Below are positions 1 through 7,587 of a stretch of 64,000 bases of DNA, in pieces. The translations under genes and the position numbers were made by a program. The notes beneath the pieces are model-generated. The model was not told where the DNA came from, searched no databases, and was given only the letters and a program-made list of their open reading frames with translations. The stretch's first letter is position 1, and every line of letters begins with the position of its first letter. Source of the DNA: a virus (Duplodnaviria > Heunggongvirae > Uroviricota > Caudoviricetes); the IMG/VR virus record IMGVR_UViG_2913147268_000005; one strand, 5' to 3'.

Positions 1-377
1 CGCTGTTCCGGGACGCTTACCATCTGGCGGGAATTGAGATGCCGGATTTGCATCGCGGGGATGACTGGTGGCGTCACGGCCAGAATCTCTATCTTGACAA
101 TATGGAGGCAACGGGTTTTTACCGTGTCCCACTGACAGAGGCGCAGCCTGGCGACGTGCTGCTGTGCTGTTTTGGTTCATCGGTGCCGAATCATGCCGCC
201 ATTTACTGTGGCGACGGCGAGCTGCTGCACCATATTCCTGAACAACTGAGTAAACGAGAGAGGTACACCGACAAATGGCAGCGACGCACACACTCCCTCT
301 GGCGTCACCGGGCATGGCACGCATCTGCCTTTACGGGGATTTGCAACGATTTGGTCGCCGTATCGACCTTCGTGTGA
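1..377 (+). CDS. lambda-like tail assembly protein K, C-terminal part (5' end outside window)
   Basis: Translation ...GFYRVPLTEAQPGDVLLCCFGSSVPNHAAIYCGDGELLHH resembles the gpK NlpC/P60-type C-terminus; followed by I and J in lambda order. Confidence 0.8.
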   Translation, partial: LFRDAYHLAGIEMPDLHRGDDWWRHGQNLYLDNMEATGFYRVPLTEAQPGDVLLCCFGSSVPNHAAIYCGDGELLHHIPEQLSKRERYTDKWQRRTHSLWRHRAWHASAFTGICNDLVAVSTFV

Positions 378-922
378 AAACGGGGGCTGAAGCCATCCGG
401 GCACTGGCCACACAGCTCCCGGCGTTTCGTCAGAAACTGAGCGACGGCTGGTATCAGGTACGGATTGCCGGGCGTGATGCAGGCGAAAATGAATTATCTG
501 CCCGTCTTAATGAGCCGCTGGCAAATGGTGCCGTGATCCACATCGTGCCGCGTCTGGCGGGAGCTAAAAGTGGCGGTGTGTTTCAGGTGGTGCTTGGGGC
601 GGCGCTGATTGCGGTGGCATGGTGGAACCCTGTGGGCTGGCTGGGGGCCGCGGCTGTATCGGGCATGTATGCGGCAGGGGCCAGTATGATCCTGGGCGGA
701 GTGGCGCAGATGCTGGCACCGAAAGCCAGGACGCCCACGGCAGCCAGTACAGATAACGGCAAACAGAACACCTATTTCTCCTCACTGGATAACATGGTTG
801 CCCAGGGCAATGTTCTGCCTGTTCTGTACGGTGAAATGCGCGTGGGGTCTCGCGTGGTTTCTCAGGAGATCAGCACGGCAGACGAAGGGGACGGTGGTCA
901 GGTTGTGGTGATTGGTCGCTGA
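275..922 (+). CDS. lambda-like tail assembly protein I
   Basis: 215-aa ORF MAATHTLPLASPGMARICLYGDLQRFGRRIDL...GDGGQVVVIGR, near-identical in length and sequence to lambda gpI as recalled. Confidence 0.85.
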   Translation: MAATHTLPLASPGMARICLYGDLQRFGRRIDLRVKTGAEAIRALATQLPAFRQKLSDGWYQVRIAGRDAGENELSARLNEPLANGAVIHIVPRLAGAKSGGVFQVVLGAALIAVAWWNPVGWLGAAAVSGMYAAGASMILGGVAQMLAPKARTPTAASTDNGKQNTYFSSLDNMVAQGNVLPVLYGEMRVGSRVVSQEISTADEGDGGQVVVIGR

Positions 923-982
923 TGCAAAATGTTTTATGTGAAACCGCCTGCGGGCGGTTTTGTCATTTATGGAGCGTGAGGA

Positions 983-1745
983 ATGGGTAAAGGCAGCAGT
1001 AAGGGGCATACCCCGCGCGAAGCGAAGGACAACCTGAAGTCCACGCAGCTGCTGAGTGTGATCGATGCCATCAGCGAAGGGCCGGTTGAAGGTCCGGTGG
1101 ATGGATTAAAAAGCGTGCTGCTGAACAGTACGCCGGTGCTGGACACTGAGGGGAATACCAACATCTCCGGTGTCACGGTGGTGTTCCGGGCAGGTGAGCA
1201 GGAGCAGACACCGCCGGAGGGGTTTGAATCCTCCGGCTCCGAGACGGTGCTGGGTACGGAAGTGAAATATGACACGCCGATCACCCGCACCATTACGTCT
1301 GCAAACATCGACCGTCTGCGCTTTACCTTCGGCGTGCAGGCACTGGTGGAAACCACCTCAAAGGGGGACCGGAATCCGTCGGAAGTCCGCCTGCTGGTTC
1401 AGATCCAGCGTAATGGTGGCTGGGTGACGGAAAAAGACATCACCATTAAGGGCAAAACCACCTCGCAGTATCTGGCCTCGGTGGTGGTGGGTAACCTGCC
1501 GCCGCGCCCGTTCAATATACGGATGCGCAGGATGACGCGGGACAGCACCACAGACCAGCTGCAGAACAAAACGCTCTGGTCGTCATACACCGAAATCATC
1601 GATGTGAAACAGTGCTACCCGAACACGGCACTGGTCGGCGTGCAGGTGGATTCGGAGCAGTTCGGCAGCCAGCAGGTGAGCCGTAATTATCATCTGCGCG
1701 GGCGCATTCTGCAGGTGCCGTCGAACTATAACCCGCAGACGCGGC
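983..1745 (+). pseudogene. host-specificity tail tip protein J, N-terminal ~254 codons only
   Basis: MGKGSSKGHTPREAKDNLKSTQLL...NYNPQTRQY matches the lambda J N-terminus; similarity stops near 1745 and the frame runs into unrelated sequence. Confidence 0.85.
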
Positions 1746-2417
1746 AATACAGGCATTCTGTTCGCGGAACATTATCAGGGGCCGTATCGTCCGAAAGATG
1801 CCGGGTATGCGGCGAAGGGCAGTGCACTGAAACAGCATGTGATGGCCCCGCTGATTTCTTACTTTCGTGATGCGCGCGCGGCCCTGGGGATAACGGCAAA
1901 ACAGATTGCAGATGCCACAGGAAAGAAAAACATGGTGTCGCACTGGTTCAGTGCCAGTCAGTGGCAGCTACCGAACGAAAGCGATTATCTGAAATTACAG
2001 TCGCTGTTTGCCCGGGTGGCAGAAGAGAAACATCAGCGCGGTGAACTGGAAAAGCCCCACCACCAGCTGGTGGATACGTATACGTCACTGAACCGGCAGT
2101 ATGTGGAGCTGCAGAGTGAATATAAGCATCTGCGGCGGTATTTTGGTGTGACGGCGCAGGTGCCGTACACGGATGTGTGGACACATAAACCGGTGCAGTT
2201 CTATCCCGGGAAACATCCGTGCGAAAAACCGGCAGAAATGCTGCAGCAGATAATCAGCGCAAGCAGTCGTCCGGGTGACCTGGTTGCAGATTTTTTTATG
2301 GGCTCAGGTTCAACGGTAAAAGCGGCACTGGCGCTCGGGCGTCGTGCGATTGGCGTTGAGCTGGAGACCGGACGTTTTGAGCAGACAGTCAGGGAAGTTC
2401 AGGGTTTAATCGTTTGA
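1746..2417 (+). pseudogene. phage DNA methyltransferase (N6-adenine/N4-cytosine family), 3' portion lacking the N-terminal catalytic motif
   Basis: Open frame from the J junction; C-terminal AdoMet motif DLVADFFMGSGSTVKAALALGRRAIGVELE; no DPPY-type motif present. Confidence 0.6.
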
Positions 2418-2466
2418 AACGGATGAGATTGCAGAATTAATTACGCACCATTATTATTCTGCTCCC

Positions 2467-2542
2467 GGCCCTTTAGCTCAGTGGTGAGAGCGAGCGACTC
2501 ATAATCGCCAGGTCGCTGGTTCAAATCCAGCAAGGGCCACCA
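2467..2542 (+). tRNA. tRNA-Ile2 (anticodon CAU, lysidine type; elongator Met not excluded)
   Basis: 76-nt cloverleaf-compatible sequence GGCCCTTTAGCTCAG...CTCATAA...GGGCCACCA, close to E. coli ileX/ileY as recalled; encoded 3' CCA. Confidence 0.85.
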
Positions 2543-2642
2543 TCACAAACCGCCATTAGCTTATCAGGAAGAGCAGACGACACGATAACAGGGTTGTTGG
2601 TGCGGGGGCGGGTCCCCGATGGCGGTCCATTATCGGTATTCA

Positions 2643-2719
2643 GCGTTGTTAGCTCAGCCGGACAGAGCAATTGCCTTCTAAGCAATCGGTCACTGGTTCG
2701 AATCCAGTACAGCGCGCCA
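2643..2719 (+). tRNA. tRNA-Arg (anticodon UCU)
   Basis: 77-nt GCGTTGTTAGCTCAG...CCTTCTAAG...CAGCGCGCCA; anticodon loop CU-UCU-AA; phage argN/argO-like. Confidence 0.85.
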
Positions 2720-2826
2720 TATTCATTCTTCCAGATTCCTTCCGGCAGAGCCTTATACTGAAATATACCTGGCTCAGGATATTGTTGAAAATATTATATG
2801 TTTGTCAAAAATAAAAGTTCTGTTAA

Positions 2827-3183
2827 GTGTTGATTGAGTGTTTGTTATACGGTCTAATGGTTTTTTCAGCATTAAATATTTATCATTCATATGGTGTGGG
2901 TAGAGTGAATATTGATGAGGCGTCGGGGTGTTTCATCCTTAGGCAGCGTATTGATATAGTCAATGCAGCACGAGCAAAGGCCTTCAGCCGTTTGACAGTT
3001 TTGTTCTGTACTCCTGATCGTCTTTCGGGAAGAGACGTTATTATTCTGAATAGTGATGCTATACAGAGGGTTTGCGATGAGTTCATGGTGGCTAATTCAG
3101 AATTATTTACTCTTGTTCAGGAGTACAACAGAATAGCCAGGACCTGTGGTATGGATGAACTTCGGATTACTCATCTGGGGTAG
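2827..3183 (+). CDS. hypothetical protein in AT-rich moron locus
   Basis: 118-aa ORF, AT-rich, no homology recognised; followed by a terminator. Confidence 0.35.
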   Translation: MLIECLLYGLMVFSALNIYHSYGVGRVNIDEASGCFILRQRIDIVNAARAKAFSRLTVLFCTPDRLSGRDVIILNSDAIQRVCDEFMVANSELFTLVQEYNRIARTCGMDELRITHLG

Positions 3184-3574
3184 ATACATATCTGGATTAT
3201 CACCGGTTACGGTAAAAAGTGATTGCTTACTGTTTTTGTGAATGGCATTGCTGCAGCCGGATAATGTCAGTGCTGGCTGACGGTGTGCTGGTGGCGGGTG
3301 TGGTGGTTGTTGCTTTCCCGTTGCTGAAAAAGAAAACGCCAGACTGTTAGCCGGGTATCAGTTAGCGGGAGAAATTTTTAAATACTTCACAATTCAGGCG
3401 GTTGATTGTTGTCTGGTTTGCGGGGAGTTTGTTAAAAGAAACTGGCATGGTGAATCCCCCTGTGCGGAGGGGCAATCAGCGAGTAGGTATATGGGATAAT
3501 CGCGGATTCAGGTGCTGGTACTGAATTCACCGGGAGGCACCCGGCACCATGCAATGGCACATAGCGCCACTCTC

Positions 3575-3605
3575 CAGCCCCTCTCCGGAGGGGCTGTTTA
3601 TATTG
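3575..3605 (+). terminator. rho-independent terminator
   Basis: 9-bp stem CAGCCCCTC/GAGGGGCTG with tccg loop followed by TTTATATTGATTTT. Confidence 0.6.
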
Positions 3606-3630
3606 ATTTTGTCAGATGTGAGTAAACTCC

Positions 3631-3966
3631 TTATGGACTTTGTTGTTTTAGTCCATAAGGACATATTTGCAGAGTGCAACGGTTATTAAAGCATTCATTC
3701 AATACGTTATCTGTATTTGTAGGGCATTCCTGGCTGTTTTTGATTAAATTCCAGAATGTTTTATTGAATGGTACTACGTTGTAAATGGTTACAGGTAGCA
3801 CTTTGTTATTGAGCATGATGCCTGTGTGAGTCAGTGTAAATATACTTTCAGGAGGTAAGAAAGCATCCGATTGATACCAGATTATTAATTTTATTTTACT
3901 CCATATGACTGAAAAAGATATTCCGCATGATGGCTGGATAACTGTATCAATCACAATCCACTTCAT
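3631..3966 (-). CDS. hypothetical protein in AT-rich moron locus
   Basis: 111-aa ORF, AT-rich; 3' end overlaps a 10-bp inverted repeat CCTTATGGAC/GTCCATAAGG. Confidence 0.3.
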   Translation of the reverse strand: MKWIVIDTVIQPSCGISFSVIWSKIKLIIWYQSDAFLPPESIFTLTHTGIMLNNKVLPVTIYNVVPFNKTFWNLIKNSQECPTNTDNVLNECFNNRCTLQICPYGLKQQSP

Positions 3967-4211
3967 TTAGTTTCCTTGTTTATGCCTTGCTGGTGATGTT
4001 CTGAAAAGTATAAATGATATTTTTGATTGTAAACCATAGAGCAGAATTATTTTTCTGATGTTGTTTATTGTTTATTTAAATGCAGGGTGGTTTATATCTC
4101 GTCTTGTAGTTTATCCATGCATATCTGCTTGATGATGAGGTTTTTATTTAAGGTATGGTTTTGTGTTTTTTCTGTATTACATGTCAGGTATTTTAAAGAA
4201 TCATTTTTCAG

Positions 4212-4700
4212 ATGGTGGAAAGAACCATGGCATTTAAACACTATGATGTTGTCAGGGCGGCGTCGCCGTCAGATCTTGCGGAAAAGCTGACACATAAACT
4301 GAAAGAGGGCTGGCAGCCGTTTGGTAGTCCGGTGGCCATAACCCCTTATACCCTGATGCAGGCGATTGCAGCAGAAGGTGATGTGGTCGTCAGTGGTGCA
4401 ACTGAGCCGGAGTGGTACTACGTCATCGTACTGGCCGGGCAATCCAATGCCATGGCTTACGGTGAAGGGCTTCCGCTTCCGGATTCATACGATGCGCCCC
4501 ATCCGCGCATTAAGCAACTGGCCCGTCGTAACACAGTGACTCCCGGTGGTGAAGTATGCGTATTTAACGACATCATTCCTGCTGACCATTGTCTGCATGA
4601 TGTTCAGGATATGAGTACGATTAACCATCCCCGGGCTGACCTGAGCAAAGGGCAGTACGGCTGTGTCGGACAGGGCTTACATATTGCCAAAAAACTGCTT
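4212..4700 (+). pseudogene. nanS: nanS-p (prophage sialate O-acetylesterase) 5' fragment: DUF1737 plus start of SASA/SGNH domain
   Basis: MAFKHYDVVRAASPSDLAEKL... and VLAGQSNAMAYGEGLPLPDSYDAPHPRIKQLARR match the intact copy at 22243; homology stops after ~163 codons. Confidence 0.75.
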
Positions 4701-5334
4701 CCGTGCATTTTTGGTAATATCCGTCAGCGTCAGCGCATTCAGCCCCAGTGTCAGACTGTCTTTTATGACCTGGAATGCCGGGCCAGCCACTCCATTCAGT
4801 TTCGGAGTAACCGTGGCACTGCCGGCGGTGAACACCAGCTCCAGCGTCTGCCAGTCGTTACTGTAATTCCCGAACTCGCCCAACTTTGTGTTTCCTGCTT
4901 TCTTGTGATGCATCAGATTCAGTTTGCCGTCTGTGGTCTGGGTGAAGAACGACATCAGGAACGGGTTACCAGTCCCGGTCATCGCCACGACGTCAGGTAA
5001 CGCTACATCGGTATACAGATAAATTCCCAGACCGAACTGATTGTTGGTCAGTGCGCCTGACAGTCGAAACTTACAGCTCAGTCTGCCACCCCGTGTCAGC
5101 AGGGAGACTGCGTCATCCACCGGGCGCGTCAGGGACCAGGCTTTATTGCTCTGCTTGGTGATCTTAAATACACCATCTGACAACTGAATTCCGCCATTCT
5201 TAATGCTCCAGCCCTGCGCAGCAGCATCTCCGGCTGTCGGCAACAGGGAGATTGTGCGTACGGATGCATCTTCAGACGGCCCCGATGGCGTGTCGCCGCC
5301 GGGCGAGGGTTTGATTTCCGGTGCCTTACCACTA
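4677..5334 (-). pseudogene. nanS: nanS-p 3' fragment (C-terminal domain), inverted relative to the 5' fragment
   Basis: Minus-strand ORF begins SGKAPEIKPSPGGDTPSGP (same motif that ends the 22243 copy) and matches the 41309-41950 copy. Confidence 0.7.
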
Positions 5335-5388
5335 GTCATCGGGCATTATCTGAACATAAAACACTATCAATAAGTTGGAGTCATTACC
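5335..5388 (-). mobile_element. IS1 terminal stub (54 bp)
   Basis: Reverse complement reads GGTAATGACTCCAACTTATTGATAGTGTTTTATGTTCAGATAATGCCCGATGAC, the IS1 terminus as recalled; no further IS1 sequence. Confidence 0.8.
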
Positions 5389-5393
5389 CAAAA

Positions 5394-5804
5394 ATGCACG
5401 CAAAAGAAGAAGGTATCATCAGAGCACTGAAAGAAATTTCAAAGACAGAAAACGAAGTAGCGAAAAAAGCCATAGCAAATAATCATATGGACGTCGCAAC
5501 CCACACACTGATAGTCGCAAGAGTCACGGCAGAAGCAGCCGAAATTATCGCAAAACAGGATGCTGAACTGGCGGTTCTCAGAACACAACCAGTCACCGGA
5601 CTGGATTTGTCTAACACCGGACGCCTTATTTACACAATTGGCTCGGAGCTACAGCGATACACCATTATCGCCGGGTTACAGGATAAATACCTGATCACTC
5701 CTCACCCCATAAGGGAATCAGAAATTCTGACAAATCTCCGCCTGATAGAGCGCTCTCAAGTCGCATTCATTGATGACGCACAGTGCACCGTATTTAACGC
5801 ATAG
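5394..5804 (+). CDS. hypothetical protein, possibly 5'-truncated by the IS1 stub
   Basis: 136-aa ORF starting 3 nt after the IS1 end; frame stays open upstream through the stub. Confidence 0.4.
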   Translation: MHAKEEGIIRALKEISKTENEVAKKAIANNHMDVATHTLIVARVTAEAAEIIAKQDAELAVLRTQPVTGLDLSNTGRLIYTIGSELQRYTIIAGLQDKYLITPHPIRESEILTNLRLIERSQVAFIDDAQCTVFNA

Positions 5805-5827
5805 AGTTACTGGACAAAGGGGGCGCA

Positions 5828-6031
5828 ATGGCAATTAAGCATTTTCCCGTCGTTCGCTTTACCTCCAGAGGGCGCGAATACGAGGTCGACGAACGCCTGA
5901 TTACCACTATCGACAAACATCGTTCGGAAAAGGATGCACACCACATCTACCTCACTGACGGCACTTACTTCTGCGCCACTAATGTGGCGCGGGTAAACCT
6001 TATCCGACAGGTACAGGAGCCACGCAGATGA
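5828..6031 (+). CDS. hypothetical small early protein
   Basis: 67-aa ORF; stop overlaps the next start. Confidence 0.4.
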   Translation: MAIKHFPVVRFTSRGREYEVDERLITTIDKHRSEKDAHHIYLTDGTYFCATNVARVNLIRQVQEPRR

Positions 6032-6294
6032 CCATTCTGGACTACATCGCTACTCATCCGGGGTGTAGCGGCGGAGAGATCGCCGCAGCACTGAATACTC
6101 CAACCACAGCCATTAATGCTGAGTTACGCCAACTTTGGCGCGGCGGCTTAGTCATCAGAACAAACCGCAGCACAGGTGGTCGCGCTCGCAAAACTGGAGG
6201 CCAGGCTTCTTACCACGTAAACCCGATGCCGTTCGGGTGTAGCAATCCACTTACTCACATGTTTAACCAGCTACTGAAGGAAGCCAGAACATGA
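6028..6294 (+). CDS. putative winged-helix DNA-binding protein
   Basis: 88-aa ORF MTILDYIATHPGCSGGEIAAALNTPTTAINAELRQLWRGGLV, HTH-like; translationally coupled to neighbours. Confidence 0.45.
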   Translation: MTILDYIATHPGCSGGEIAAALNTPTTAINAELRQLWRGGLVIRTNRSTGGRARKTGGQASYHVNPMPFGCSNPLTHMFNQLLKEART

Positions 6295-6590
6295 GCACCA
6301 TCAACCACCAGAAGCTACGCGAACTGGCATTTGCCCTGCAACGAATGGCAACACCTCAAAAATTACTGGCATTTCGCGCAATGCTCTCGCCGTCTGCTGC
6401 GCTGGCATTGCTGGATGAGCTGGAGCACGCCAGAACCACGGCTCCTGCCATTCGCCTGACGCTCCATCATGAAATCGCTGATTTCTGCGCGACATTGGAG
6501 GTGCCAGGCGAACCGGAAACGCCGGAAGCAATACAGCAAGAGCTGCTGCAACGTATTGACAAGGTTTTTGATTTTTTTCTGAACCAGTAA
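6291..6590 (+). CDS. hypothetical early protein
   Basis: 99-aa ORF, coupled start/stop overlap. Confidence 0.4.
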   Translation: MSTINHQKLRELAFALQRMATPQKLLAFRAMLSPSAALALLDELEHARTTAPAIRLTLHHEIADFCATLEVPGEPETPEAIQQELLQRIDKVFDFFLNQ

Positions 6591-6711
6591 GAAACCAGAG
6601 CATGCACACACAAAAAAACCGCTTGCCATGCCGCAATCAGTCAGGTTACATTTCCGCTGCACCTCATAAAACGGGTGCCGGGTTTCGCAGCCTGCTGACT
6701 ACACAAGCGCA

Positions 6712-6734
6712 CAACCGCGCCAGCGGTTTTTTTG
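6712..6734 (+). terminator. rho-independent terminator
   Basis: ACCGCGCCAGCGGT hairpin followed by TTTTTTT. Confidence 0.55.
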
Positions 6735-6912
6735 TGCGTACTGTATTGCCACGTTTTTTTCGCGTCAGAATTATGGCGGGGCGTACGGGGCCGACTTCGG
6801 TCGGGCCGGGTTCTTGTGTAGCCGGTACTGCGAACCTCGTACGTCTCGCCACCCACAGTTTCGCAGCTCTGGATGGTGAGTTTTCACAACTTACTACACA
6901 AGGGGCCACACC

Positions 6913-7143
6913 ATGGCAAACCGCAAACAGCACCGCGCTATCGCGGAGCGTCGTCACATCCAGACTGAAATCAACCGCAGACTTTCCCGCGCATCACGCG
7001 TCGCGCAAATCATGCACATCAATATGCTGCATGAGCGCAGCCACGCACTATCAAACATTTATTCCGCCTCTGTTTTCAGCTATCTGGCGGATGATCTGCA
7101 CGAGCTTCAACAGCTCATCCAGCAGCAAAACAAACTCCATTAA
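6913..7143 (+). CDS. hypothetical basic protein
   Basis: 76-aa ORF with AAGGGG SD 8 nt upstream. Confidence 0.4.
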   Translation: MANRKQHRAIAERRHIQTEINRRLSRASRVAQIMHINMLHERSHALSNIYSASVFSYLADDLHELQQLIQQQNKLH

Positions 7144-7215
7144 TTCCTGTTCCGGGCCTTTCCTGCACCTTGCGGCGGGAGGCCTTCGCACATCTGTAAC
7201 AAGAGGATTGCCGCA

Positions 7216-7581
7216 ATGATTCTCGCCAACGACTTTCTTGAATACCTGCTCAATACAGAACGTGATCTTGCCGCTCGCGTGCGTGATCGTTATGACATGT
7301 ACCTGAAATCCCTGCCTGTACCGCAGCTCGCTGACGGAAAGATTGTTATTGATGGTCGCTACATGATTGACAGCCACGAGGGAAATTACAGGCTTTACCG
7401 CATTGAAGGTGGCACCCCGTCCGTTATTGGCATTTACCAGCGCCCATCCTCTGCAATCGTCGATGTGATTGCCGACAGCATCCGCATCACACATCGCCAT
7501 GCCGACACAGAAGACACCGTGCTGGAAATTCAGCGGCTGGCTACAGTCTGCCGCGACACCCTGAATGGCATGACGAAGTAA
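7216..7581 (+). CDS. hypothetical protein upstream of replicase
   Basis: 121-aa ORF immediately 5' of gpA-like gene. Confidence 0.4.
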   Translation: MILANDFLEYLLNTERDLAARVRDRYDMYLKSLPVPQLADGKIVIDGRYMIDSHEGNYRLYRIEGGTPSVIGIYQRPSSAIVDVIADSIRITHRHADTEDTVLEIQRLATVCRDTLNGMTK

Positions 7582-7587
7582 ATCACT

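Noticed and set aside
2723-4211. Possible Shiga toxin genes at the tRNA-nanS slot
   Set aside because: No ORF resembles StxA or StxB; the ORFs present are short, AT-rich and unrelated.
5394-7581. Search for integrase, repressor or att sites of the P2-like element
   Set aside because: No tyrosine-recombinase-like ORF or obvious att repeat found; the left end is cut by the IS1 stub, so absence may reflect truncation.
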